From Felis catus (lineage: Eukaryota): 64,000 bases of DNA. The stretch lies in NCBI RefSeq assembly GCF_018350175.1, contig NC_058368.1:52950001-53014000 (forward strand), read 5' to 3'. The position numbers and the translations under genes were made by a program. Within the stretch, counting starts at the first letter, position 1. Each line of letters starts with the position of its first letter. Shown here piece after piece: positions 51,488 to 63,987 of the stretch. The notes below the pieces were generated by a model that made no database searches, had not been told where the DNA came from, and saw nothing but the letters and a program-made list of their open reading frames with translations.

Positions 51488-53387
51488 TGTAGAGCTAATT
51501 AGTAACTCCTGCCCTGGAGGGGCTGCTGCACATTGGTTAGACTTTCTTCCCCAAACTTTGAGGGAATTTCCAACATGTTCTTCATAGCCCCTCATAAGAT
51601 GTGGGGAGGGGGGTAGCTAGAATAGTAGGAAAAAAGTGGGTACTAGTGCTATAAGGAGATGACACAGGTCTCTCTATTCTGTTACACCTGCTAAACACGT
51701 CAAGGTTTTAGAACCAGTGCTGTTCAAATATGCCCTGTGTCAACTATTCTATATGCCCACTGTAGTTTCTCTTTTAAAAGTACCCTGGCATTTCCTCTGT
51801 CACATAATACCAAATATGCTTCTGCCCAATGCTTTGTGATGGAAAAAGTGGTCTTCAAAGTTGCCATTCAAAAATATCCATGTGGCTCCTTAAATCCTAC
51901 CGCGTCTCTTTTGTTTTCCCAAGTCTCAGCCGAGGAAATGTTTGTCACTTAATTGCTGCTGCGGATCACAGATGATGGTTTATAGGTTTAGGCAAATAGT
52001 GGGCAGCACTTTGTTAACCAACGGAAGAGCACGCTGGTACTTGATAATTATCCTACGGAGCTCAATTGGCCCTTAACGGCACCTACCCCCCCCCCCCAGC
52101 ATCGGGGAGCCAGTTTCAAAACAAAAGCTCCTTCTTGTTAATTAACCTGTGTGCACTTGTTACAAATGAAACCTATTTGTTTCCAGCTAATACATTTGCC
52201 GCTACTTTAAATATTCATTTATTATTATGCTTGTTAAGTGAAAGGTGGAGAAGAATGGCTTGGATGACTTCCATCAGTAGGCACTGAGCTTTAAGAGATC
52301 AGCAAATAGACTAATATGTCAATTATGTTGCCCTGGGCTCTGTGGGCCCCCAAATCTGCTTAAGAAAGATGAGCTTCTCTCAACCATGAAAACCAGATAG
52401 GGGCAATTGAGAAGCAAGGCACCCACAACAGTAATCCGTGAATTTTCATTAGAGGAGAATTTTCTTGAGTGTGAAATGCAATTCGTGTGAAGCTTGGTTC
52501 CATTTCTCAATCTATGTCATGACTGTTTTGTGTCTGGGTGGACAAAAAACTGGATACATGCAACAGATATGTCTTGATTTTCCCTTCCCCCAAATGAAAC
52601 GATAAACCAAAATTATGAGGAATTTGCTTACTTTTATGCAAAACTAATTTGAGAATCATAAGGAAATATAGGTACATACCATAATATGTCAGAAGTGTGG
52701 TAATTGAAAAAGCAGTAGAAACAAACATGCATTCATTTAGCATATTTTATATAAAATCTAGAATAAAGTGGTGATCCTTAGAAAGCCTGCCAAAATGATC
52801 ACTTAAAGTTTGGGTGATCCTGTAATTGGCTTTAGGTATTTGTTATTGTTCTCCAAAACTCATGTTGGAAAATTTTCTAAAACACATTATTCTCAAAGTA
52901 AGAGTAACCTACCTTACAAATTATTTAAAGAGATGAAAAAATAATATTTTATGCCAATGTCAGGAAGAACTTTTAACTTTGATTTGGATGAAATATTCAA
53001 ATATCATGGCTTTAAAATTTGCCCTGCAGAATATTTTCTTTTTGTTTTGGTTGCATCAAAAATCACACTTGTGTGACTTCAGTTAGGTTCTCTTAACTGC
53101 ATAACAGAGTTCAAAATACACTTGAATATTGATGGAAGCAACATTCCCACAGCCACCAATCAATTACTTTGATTCTTCTGTTTTAAAATTGGTCCAATAA
53201 TGCATTTTAGAATAGGTCAATACTGCCTGCTACATGGAGTAATGTCTAATTTGTTTCTATTCATCATGATCGTGTAGTTAAGAACAATATGCTTAAAATC
53301 CCCAGTTGTCACTGGGAAGAATGATATGTAAAATTGACAAAAGAATTTATAAAATTGCTATATTGGTATAATGTTTTTAAGAGATGT

Positions 53388-53547
53388 GGGGCACCAGGGT
53401 GGCTCAATCATTTAAGCGTCTGATTCTTGGTTTCAGCTCAGGTCATGATCTCATGGTTCGTGGGATTGAGCCCCATGTTGGGCTCTGCGCTGACAGAGCA
53501 GAGCCTACTTGGGATTTTCTCTCTCTCTCTCCTTCTGCCCCTACCCT

Positions 53548-53586
<39 letters not shown>

Positions 53587-53597
53587 ATAAACTTTAA
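53388..53597 (+). mobile_element. CAN-SINE with expanded (CT)n
   Basis: SINE head and body. Confidence 0.93.
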
Positions 53598-54100
53598 AGA
53601 GATAGAGAGAGAATGTGTGTGAGAGAGATGTAACATATCCCTGCATCATCTTTTTCCCATCACCAGGTAATATTCTGGATATATTATACATTTGCATTGA
53701 CTTGATGGGTCAGCACACCTGAACACCCACATTCTCCGTTTACCAACTCAAAAGGGACCACTTCTCTATGCCCAGAAGGAATGTTTCTTGCTGCTCCCTG
53801 CAGCATCATTCAGAAAAATTAGAGAAAACAAACCTTTCACTCTCACCTTACCAAATCACTTCTCTTCTCAATACAAATTCTTCAGCAGCAGCAGCAAATA
53901 TTTATGAGTACCTGTATGTGGCAAGGGATATGATGATGGTACCAGAAGGATTGTGAGAACATCCACTACCATCATACTATAAGTTTCGCTCTCACCAACT
54001 AGGGATGGTTATCAGGGGACCACAAGAAGGGGAAACATGGAAGTTCATCCTCTGGCTAAAGTCCTCTCTGTACTTCACCCTTTAAAAGAATGTAAATTCA

Positions 54101-54267
54101 GAGCACCTGGGTGGCTCAGTTAGTTAAGCATCCAACTCTTGATGTTGGCTCAGATCATGATCTCAAGGTTCCATGAGTTAGAGCCCTGCATCAGTCTCTG
54201 TGCTAAGTTGAGTGTGGAGTCTGCTTGGGATTCTCTCTCTCTATCCCTCCCCCATGCTACTCTCTTC

Positions 54268-54298
<31 letters not shown>

Positions 54299-54312
54299 TA
54301 AACATTTTTTAA
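54101..54312 (+). mobile_element. CAN-SINE
   Basis: Degenerate TSD AAAAGA(A/C)TG(T/C)AAATTCA. Confidence 0.93.
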
Positions 54313-56178
54313 AAAGACTGCAAATTCATTATGTAACACACCAAAGGAAAAAACACTGACCTGAGACTCTAGAAAACTCCACATGTTGCCCTTGTGAAGT
54401 AACAAGCACCCTTGTGCCTGAGTTTATCATCTATTCCTTCTTAGTTAGAACTGAAGAACCAAAGGAAAGAAAACAACAAGCTATTTTCATTTGCATCCTG
54501 GTATACGTTGGACTCACATGGGGGATGCTTAACGCTTAGAACACTAGGGCTGTGTTTAGTGTGCTATAATCAATATAAAATACCTCATCCTTCTATCATT
54601 AAGTGGGTATTTGGAAAAAGTTGTTACATCCTTAGGCATTGCTTTAGTGTTAGGAAAGAACTTAAAAATTCATAGCGATCACTTACCTGGACTCTTATAT
54701 CACCTATTGTCTACATCATTCTGATTAACCACACATATGCTGCCTTGAACTGCTAGGCACGATTGCATTTTTCTACTTACATAGTAAATGTTGCAAATAT
54801 ATATTACTTATGCACATGTCTGGTTAGTCATTAATAGAAAGAAACTATATCAATCCAGTGCTCACTATAAACCAAGCAATCATATACTACTATTTATAAG
54901 ACAATTATAACGCGTAAGTACTCATGTCTTTTATTAATATTGTTGTTACTGATCTAAGCCTATTTGAGCATTCACAATTATTCGGTTCTTTGGGTAGATA
55001 CATATAGCTTCTAATAGTTAGAAGTAGGTGATGGGTAAAATTCTTCCCCCCCTCAAAACTTTGCTACCTAATGGTTTGTTACAATAAAAGCAATTGTGAG
55101 AATTAATTCTGCAACACATATATCTATCAGTAAGCAGGGACAAGAAAAAGACATACAATCTGCTCTGTAAAAAAACCTCACATAACTTGTGGAGATAAAT
55201 GTGTGCCTACCAATTCGAGTCACACATATTATGCCTTTTACCCAATGGAACAGACAAAATGTGTTATAGGATTTAGGTGGAAGAGAATCCACTATGGATG
55301 GTGGTGGACAAATGCAACACAGAAGAAGATAAACTTGACCAGACTCCCAAGAAAAGGCAGGTCTGAGAGGAACGGAGTGGGACCAAGGACATCCTAGGCA
55401 GGCAAGAACCAACAAAAGTTTAAAGGTGGAAACCCTGTAGTCAGTCTTGCATATTTATGGAATTGCACTTCTCCTAATTCCAGCCGTCAAAGTTGGAACA
55501 ACATTTTGAACATGAGGAAAATTATCATCAAATTATAGGTGTCTTAGCAGCCATACCACCAGAATTAATCTATTCTAATAGGCCACTCAGGCATAAAGAT
55601 TGTGGATTTTCTACTTTTTATAGGCAACTTGACTTTCAGTTAGAATATTTTATAACCTATTCCCTAAAACATGAAGGGCTGTGAAAACACTACCTGTAAT
55701 CCCATTAGCAGTGCAGAGCGTTATTGCTGTTAACAAAGCCAAGAAAGCAACAGTCTTCCCCATGTTCATTCATTCGCACATTCATTCAGTCAGTCATTCA
55801 TTCAGCGATCTCGATTAAGTACCTACCGGGTATCAAGCATTGCGCTGAATTGTAAGCAGTTATAGTGAGTTGAGAGAAATTCTGCTTTGTATCATCACCT
55901 GGTAACTGACGACATTAGCTGAGTAAGGCAACTGTCCAAAGCTATGACCAGGGAGAGGTGGGTGATGGTGGCAGGAAGGAGGAAACAGCAGCATCAACAG
56001 ACTGAAGCACTACCCCCTACTGAGGCCCTCACCTGCAAAAACTCTCAGCTGTTTTCCCATTGCTAATCTGGAAGGCTAAGACTGCTTTTAAGGGTGCCTA
56101 GAGTCCAGGCTTGTTTTGATAATTCCTAAAAGGTAGGCCTACCTAGGACTCTCCAGTTGGTTTTAAAATGGGATTCCA

Positions 56179-56382
56179 GGGGCGCCTGGGTGGCGCAGTC
56201 GGTTAAGCGTCCGACTTCAGCCAGGTCACGATCTCGCGGTCCGTGAGTTCGAGCCCCGCGTCGGGCTCTGGGCTGATGGCTCAGAGCCTGGAGCCTGTTT
56301 CCGATTCTGTGTCTCCATCTCTCTCTGCCCCTACCCCGTTCATGTTCTGTCTCTCTCTGTCCCAAAAATAAATTAAAAAAAA
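56179..56382 (+). mobile_element. CAN-SINE (very young SINEC_Fc type)
   Basis: Near-consensus with CpGs intact; perfect TSD AAAATGGGATTCCAG. Confidence 0.97.
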
Positions 56383-56550
56383 AAAATGGGATTCCAGTGT
56401 ACAAAGTAGGGGTCCAATGAGGTGACCCCGTTTGCACACATTATTTGCTCTCAGTTTCCAAGGGCATCCGGAGAATTGGCAAGGATTTCCAGCTGTTTTC
56501 CTGTCTGCTCCATACGGAAAGTTGAGCGTCCAGGCTTCGAGGGACTTTGC

Positions 56551-56682
56551 CAGGGTACCTATATGCTTAGGTTTGCCTGGGACAGTCCAGATTCTGTCAA
56601 CTTTCCAAGTGTGTAACTATTAACAGCACCTAACTTCCTTCTTTAAAATGTCCCATCAACACAATAAATTATGTGGTCACTT
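56551..56682. mobile_element. MER94-like hAT-Blackjack MITE
   Basis: AGGGTACCTATATG..GGTTTGCCTGGGACAGTCC..ATAAATTATGTGGTCAC. Confidence 0.7.
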
Positions 56683-56884
56683 TTAATACTAGCTGACTTC
56701 AACCTTGAATAATAGGTCTCTAAGTCCACCAACAATTTGGGAAATAAGACTTCTGATATGTTAAAATACTTCTAACCAAGGAAAACTGCTATAGGGTTTT
56801 CCTGAGCTAGTTACATGATACTAAAAAAGTTTGGTCAATACAGCCAGATGGTTGGCAAATCAGGGAGACAAATCGCTATGACCT

Positions 56885-57090
56885 GGTGGTCAAGGGCATA
56901 GACTTGAGCCAGGCAGCCCAGTTCTGCCACTTCCTATCGATGTGACCTTATCCTCGCTGGTTTCGGTTTCCTTACTTCAGAGTAGAGATGTTAACAGTAT
57001 CTATTTCGTAGGTTTGCAATGAGGATTATACTAATTAATATATTAAAAGTGCCTAGAACAGTGCCTGAATAAAGGTTTGCTCTCATTACT
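56885..57090 (+). mobile_element. MIR
   Basis: CCCAGTTCTGCCACTT..TGTGACCTT..AAAGTGCCTAGAACAGTGCCTG. Confidence 0.65.
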
Positions 57091-57115
57091 ACCTCATCCA
57101 AAAAGGTAGGCACAG

Positions 57116-59086
57116 GAATGCAGATATCTCTTCAAGATCTGATTTCATTTCCTTTGGATATGCCTAGAATATGGAATTGCTGGGTCATAAGGTAGTTCCA
57201 TTTTTAATTTTTTGAGGAACCCCCCCCCAACACTGTGTTGCATAATGGCTACATCAATTTACCTTCCCATTACCAACACACAGGGGTTCCCTCTTCTTCA
57301 CATCCTCATCAACATTTGTGACCCTTTTTTGTTTTTCCATGCTGTCTTATCTTTAATTAAATATAAAGACTTCCAGTCACATCACCGAAAGACCATTTTA
57401 CCCACCACTCTGTTTGGCCACCAGTCTCTCATCTCTCTCTCTCTCCAGCAATGGTGAGGTAGATACCATTTCCATGGGGGGAGGGAAATCCATGGTCCGT
57501 TGCCTTTGCCAACCACAGAAACACTGGACAGCCAAATGACAAAGCAGTTGCCACTGGCATCTTTCATGTGAACTACGTCAAAAGAAGCAAGGTGTCTCTC
57601 TGTTGGTGATCACACCAATTCTTCTCAGGTTAGCACCTCCAGTCATCATACACAGACACAGATTACCAGTGTCAAACTTGATGAACTCAGCAATCTTTCC
57701 CTCCTCTAAATCAATCTGAGTGGTCTCATCCGCCTTGATGAGGGGATCAGGATAGCAGATGGTATGAACATCATGGGTCACCAGATTCCTTTTGCCCCCC
57801 ACAAAGGTATTTCTCCTTTGCACAATTTATACTTGAACGGCAAAACCAATGCTTGGTGTCGTGGATCAGATGGAAATTCTCCCCGGTCTTGACAATGCTG
57901 ATGATGCCCATAAAACTAGCAGGGTAGGTTCTATCAGTTCAGAATTTGCCAACAGTCATAATAAATAATAAAATTCTGCATAAAGATCTTCTTTACTTCA
58001 TCTCCTGTTAGGGCATACTTAAGTCTATTCCCTAGGAAAATGACGAGAGGGAGACTTTCCTTCAGCTTATGGAACCAGTAGATAGACAAGGGGCAAACAC
58101 ACTGGTCAGTTTATCTAGTGTCCAATGCTTTAGAGCTGCTACACACTTCAGAGGCTTCTTGGGACCATGAGCCCCAGCTGTGCTAGACGTAGATAGAGCT
58201 GTTATCATTTGCCTGTTTGAAGATAGCCATTCTAACAGGTGTGAGATGATCTCTTACTGTGGTTTTGATTTGCATTTCCCTGATGATTAGTGACATTGAG
58301 CACCTTTTCATATATATACCTGTTGGCCATTTATGTCTTCTTTCGAGAAATGTCCATTCAGGTCCTTTGCCCATTCTTCAATCGGATTATTTTTATTTTT
58401 ATTTTATTTTATTTATTTAATTTTATTTTATTTTTTGCCACTGAGGTTGTACATTCATTGCAGGATTATTCACAATAGCCAAGATATGGAAACAAATTAA
58501 ATGTCCATTGACAGATGAACAGATAAAGAAAATGTGGTACATACATACAGTGGAATATTGTTTAGCTACAGAGAGTCAGGAAATCCTGTCATTTGCCACA
58601 ACATGGTTGAAATTGGAGGACATCATCCTAAGTGAAATAAGCCAGACCTAGAAAGACAAATACTGCATGATCTTACTTGTAGAATATAAAATAGTCAAGG
58701 TCATAGAAACAGAGGGTACAGTGGTGGTTGCCAGAGGCTGAGGGGAGGGAGAAATGGGGAGATTGTGATCAAAGAGTACAGGTTTCAAGTACACAAGATG
58801 AATAAGTTCTGGAGATCTGCTATACAGCATGGTTGTTACAGTTAAAAAAAAAACTATCGTATACTTGAATTTTGCTAAAGAATAGATCTTAAGAGTTCTC
58901 TACACATACACACACAAGAAAAGAAAGCAAGAAAAGAAAATAGTAGCTATGTGAGGTGATAGATATGTTAATCAGCTTGATTGTGGTAATCATTCCACAA
59001 TGTAAATGTTTGTCAAAACACCAAGTTGTACACCTTAAATATATACAATGTTTATTGGTCAATTATACCTAAATAAAACTTTAAAG
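57116..59086. mobile_element. L1MA8/9-like element with 5' inversion, interrupted by RPS4X retrocopy
   Basis: Antisense ORF2 segment 57116-57324 plus ~58200-58451; sense ORF2 end and 3' UTR ~58452-59086; TSD AAAGGTAGGCACAG 57102-57115 / AAAGGTAAGCATAG 59087-59100. Confidence 0.85.
57325..58195 (-). pseudogene. RPS4X: 40S ribosomal protein S4 (eS4) processed pseudogene
   Basis: Minus-strand translation gives [88 protein letters not shown]; intronless; start codon now GGG (58173-58175); stop 57398-57400; ATTAAA at 57352-57357; A-tail remnant ~57325-57336; frameshifts and deletions. Confidence 0.96.
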
Positions 59087-62000
59087 AAAGGTAAGCATAG
59101 ATGAGTTAACAGCTCTTGTATAGATGAGGCCTTAATTGAGAAATGTCAACCACTACTCAATAGCCTATAAAGCAAACTTACTCATCTTTGAAACCAATAG
59201 CAAGTTGCTATAAAACTTTAATGAATATATTTGGGCTATATAATAAAATAAAACCACAATTTTTATTTACAATAACACTTTGAGCTCACTTGAAGTGAAA
59301 CTGTCTTTTATCTCACTGACCCTACAGAAATTTACTATGTTCCATTTTATTCCTCTCAAGATAGAAAGCATTCTGGTATCAATATATTATAGTATCTGAA
59401 ATTTTTTTATCTTCTAATATTATAATATTGTAAGCCCCCATTCTTATGTCTCCCCAGCTCTGTGTAAAATGTATTATATATATTTTTTGATTTGGATATG
59501 CCTTTAAACCAGATCAATTTCATTGTATACATTAAAGGCAATATACGTTTAACATGGAAAAGAATCACTGATAATAATAGGATACATTAAGTTGGCAACA
59601 GTTGACTGTTGCCCTATTGAACTGGGATTAAGCTATCAGACAGTCCTCAAAAGTAAATACCTTGATAGAATGATCACAATGGAATTTAGAAATTAAATAC
59701 AAAAGACTATGTTAATGTCGTATAAATGGGAACATGAGAAAATATCAAAGTTGAAGTTTTTGTTGGAAGATGAATTCAAAATGATCTCTTATGCATATGC
59801 AACTTTTAATACATACTCTCTGAGGTACATTTACACTCACATTTAGAAGTCTAATTAGTAATAAAAAGGAAAGAGTTCGTAATGATAGCACCCTGCTCTT
59901 AGGGTCCCTATTATAGATTCTGAAAACAAATTCATTAATATCTTAATATATGTGATGTCATTTTCTACACTTACATTCTTTCAGTCCCAAAGATGTGAGC
60001 TTCCCCCCCCCCCCTTTTTTTTCCTTTACATTGAATCTGTAAATTTCAAGCCTTGGGATCTTGTTACTTTCAAAGCCAGACTTTTGACATTTTTTTCCTG
60101 CAAAACAAAAGATTTGGTGGGGGGCGGATAGCCATCATGCCCTGAAATATGTGCTTTTTCTAATGTGTGCTGTTTCTTGGAAAGGCTAACAGGCGTTTGG
60201 ATAGTGAACCATCAAAAAAACACCACTTCTAAGGCTTCTCTTTTAGGCTATTACGGGTAGAATGCCTCTTAACCCTTGAGGCAACTCAACAATTGAGTTA
60301 AGGAGATTTTCATGTATCGGTTTTGCCTGTCACATGGTTGACTTAACTTCAGGATATACTTTGCTGCTGAAGGTTCATTTCCCTCCATTTGTTAAGTGGC
60401 TAATTATAAAGGTTCACAAAAGAATTGACACAAGGGAAAGAGAGGGGCCTGGCTTCTCTCCGCAGCCCCAAGAGGCCTGTACAAGTGTCATTTGTAAAAA
60501 CAGAGCACAAATTAAGCAATGGCCATAATAAGCTGCCAGTAGCTGGGGTATAATGAAAGCGGAATTCTTATGTCGATGCAAAGCAGGCACTAAACTGTTA
60601 GGGTTTTTGTTTATTTTTTTACATTGACAACTAAGCCCAAATATAAGTCATCCTGTTTAAGCTTCTACTGCAAAAATAAAATTTTAAAGCTGAGTTGACC
60701 ATAACAAGCTAAATAAAAAGACGATTTTAGACCTGCAGCTAGGATTTACAGGTTTATTTTCTCTCTATCATGTATTGAAAGTACTTTTGAATCCCAGTAA
60801 AAATGGCTTTTATTTCCTGAATAAACACATATTTTAAATAAAGTTATTAGAAATAATAACCAGAAATAGGAGTGTGACATGACATCTGTATTAAGAAACA
60901 TTCTCCATCAGATAACAGTCGGCTTTCCTATTTACACCCAATACCATGAATTCTAAATACCAGCCTTTTTAACGTTTGAAAAAGCATAAACAACAAAGAA
61001 AACTCCCTTTACTTAGGCATATGAGAGCTAATGAAACAGACTGGAAATTGCTGCATTGTTTCTACCTTTCATCAAAACATCCCTATGCATAGTATTCGCA
61101 TCATTATGTAAGACATTTGCAAATATGTATAATGCTTTTGCCTATGGGAAAACTCTCCTGCTCTAATGTATTCCTGAAAGATGAATGAACAATTCTTTAG
61201 GTATGATAAAAAGATTCAGAGGGCTGGATAGAGCAGTGATATTAAAGCTACAAGCTCATCATTTAATTTTCTTTCTTTTTAATGTCAGCTGCTAACACTG
61301 CAGGTCTCTGTTTTACTTAATTTTTTCCCCTGCAAACTCACCACTTCTTTGCCAATTCCTTCTCTGATTCAAGATCAGCAACCCCCAATTTGCTGAAGGC
61401 TGCCTGCTTTGATACTTCAGCAGGGATCTTGTGAAGCTAGAAGTATTCTCTGGCTTCAGATCTCTGATCTGGATTTTCGCCTGATTTGGGATTTTCAGTA
61501 GCATCTGAAACAATTGTGGAAACTGGGGCATCAGCAGATATCCATCTCATTACCAGCTGAATTTAGTAATCAGACCAGGAGCTGATTCTTAGGGCATATG
61601 GGGGCTCCACTTAGACTGAAACTGTAAAAATGTGAAAAGAATTTTCATCAGATTTTTGAAAGGAGATGAATGGGTAATAATGGGACTAACAGACTGGAGG
61701 AAATTAGAACATAAATACCAGCAGAGGTGGAGCCTCAACACAGGAGCATGCATGAGAGGTTCTGCACTTGGAGACATCAGGTATCTGATGGGTACAAAGC
61801 CAAGAAGATATGATTGGGCTAAAGGTCTGTGTACAGTCATTAAATTTCCCAAGAACCCTAGAGTTTTATTTTTTGAGAGAAACTGAGCAAAAAGTCTCCA
61901 TAGTTCAGGTACAATAGGCCCAAAAGGGGTTAGGCTCAAGATGTGGGGCTGAAAACAGAGTGATTTGATTAAGAGAAGTAGGTTAGAAGAGTCCTTGCCA

Positions 62001-62179
62001 CCAATCAGAAAAAAGAAAAATGGAAGGACTCTTCTTTGGGGAAATTGAACTGACTTTAAAGAGAGCTTGTGATAAAAAAGGTGACTTTGCTTCCTGATGA
62101 GTCCGCAGTGAAATCTTTCAGTGGAAAAGTCCCATCCGCACATATAGAGCCTCTGATTTGCTCTTAATGCTTCATTCAT

Positions 62180-63380
62180 AAACGTTGACAGACAATAAGG
62201 GATCATCAGGCATCTTAGTAAAGCCTCCAATATGAGAAAGAGAATAAAAAATAATCATACAAACAAAGGAATCCAGAGCTGATGGACAATTCAGGTTATA
62301 GAAGAAAGTTAAAAATAATAGTGATATCCTTAGAGAGTCAAGAAAAGATATTGTGTTCATAAAACAAGAACTGGGTGTTTTGAAAAAAGAACAAAGAACA
62401 AGAAAGAGCTCTTATAAATGAAGAATAGAGGGGCACCTGGGTTGCTCAGTCAGTTGACCGACTTAGGCTCAAGTCATGATCTCACAGTTTGTGGTTCGAG
62501 CCCTGAGTTGGGCTCTGTGCTGGACACTTGCTTGGAGCCTGGAGCCTGCTTCCGATTCTGTGTCTCCTTCTCTCTCTGCCCCTCCCCTGCTTATGCTCTG
62601 TCTCACTCTGTCTCTCAAAAATAAATAAATGTAAAAAAAAAATTTTAATAAATGAAGAATAGAAAAGCCAAAATAAAAATGTAATAGAAAGGCTGATAAA
62701 ATTCCCCAGAATATATGTCAAAAAGACAAAGAAATGGAAAATGGTAGAATAAAAAAGAAATTAGTCAATCGAGAAGATATAACCTTTTATTAAAAACAGG
62801 TCTACAGAGAATAGAGAGAATGGAGGAAAGAAAATTATCTAAAAAATAACATAAGAAAAGCACTCAGAACTGAGGGCATTTATCCTCAGGTTATAAGAAT
62901 ATTGTAAGTACTCAGCCCAATAAATGAAAAAACAAAACAAAACAATGACAACAACAACAAAATAAACCAAGTCACGTCAGCATGAATTTTGACAACATTA
63001 AGGATAAACACGAAATCTTAAATAGTTCAAGAAATAAAGAAGGAAAGGAAAATAGGACAAATAGATTAAGAAAAAGACAAAAGACAAAACAATAGGTCAC
63101 ATAGAAAAAATACAGAAACAGAATGGCATCAGATTTCTCAAAAACAACCTTGAAAACTAGAAGTGGAAAAATTGCTTCCAAAACCTTAAGGCAAATGACT
63201 TTAAACCCCAAATTTTACATTCTGAATATTCTTAATTGGCTCTGAGAATAGAATAAATTTATATTTAGAGACCAGGAATCCAAAAATTTTACCTACCATC
63301 AGCTGTTTTTAGGAGACTACTACAAGTTATAATCCAGAAAAAGTAAGAAATGAATCAAGAGAGGAGATCCAGAATATAAA
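62180..63380 (+). mobile_element. Old L1/HAL1 ORF1-region fragment
   Basis: CAGAATGGCATCAGATTTCTCAAAAACAACCTTGAAAACTAGAAG (ORF1-like), A-rich. Confidence 0.6.
62430..62647 (+). mobile_element. CAN-SINE
   Basis: TSD ATAAATGAAGAATAGA at 62414-62429 and 62648-62663. Confidence 0.95.
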
Positions 63381-63392
63381 CACTCATAATAC

Positions 63393-63520
63393 TAGGGTAA
63401 AAAAGTCCTGGTTTGTTCGGAACAGTCTTGGTTAAGTCCAATTGTTTTGGCATAATTATTAATAGCACTCCTTTTATTCTTAAAGGTGTCCTAGCTATTT
63501 CTAAAGGGTGGATATCTCTA
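63393..63520. mobile_element. MER94-like hAT MITE
   Basis: AGGGT..GTCCTGGTTTGTTCGGAACAGTC..GGCATAATTATTAATAGCACTCC..GTGTCC. Confidence 0.65.
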
Positions 63521-63738
63521 TTCATATTTCATGACATTGAAGACTTTTAACCAAAATTTCTCCATTTTGGTTCAATGTCAAAAACCATGATGAAATCAGT
63601 GGATTAATTTATATACAATCTGAGAAATAGATCAGAAAATATACATGATTATCTTGAAGCTATGAAATAATTATGAGCAAACCTTTCATTAACAGGTGCA
63701 ACTTTCCTCCAGCTAAAGTTAGTAATTAAACGAAAGCA

Positions 63739-63740
<2 letters not shown>

Positions 63741-63780
<40 letters not shown>
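63741..63780. repeat. (TA)n microsatellite
   Basis: Seen directly. Confidence 0.95.
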
Positions 63781-63782
<2 letters not shown>

Positions 63783-63987
63783 TTCCAACACTCATAAATT
63801 TCATTCAGATGTTTTACTCATTTTTGCTACTCATATAGGTCAATAGAAAATGCTTAACAAAGGTTGCTTTCATCATAAAAGGCATCTGTAAGGATGACCA
63901 TGAAATGCTAGTGTATGGATCCCATTGACATAATCTCAGTTTCTTTGATTCACCATCAGTTGTCTTTATAGTTGAAATATGGATCCC

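Noticed and set aside
54681..54690. ACTTACCTGG matching the U1 snRNA 5' end
   Set aside because: Match stops after 10 nt and has no TSD; equally a minus-strand consensus donor with no clear acceptor.
61589..62230. 213-aa minus-strand ORF
   Set aside because: Non-ATG start, no recognisable motif, antisense to purine-rich sequence next to an L1 relic.
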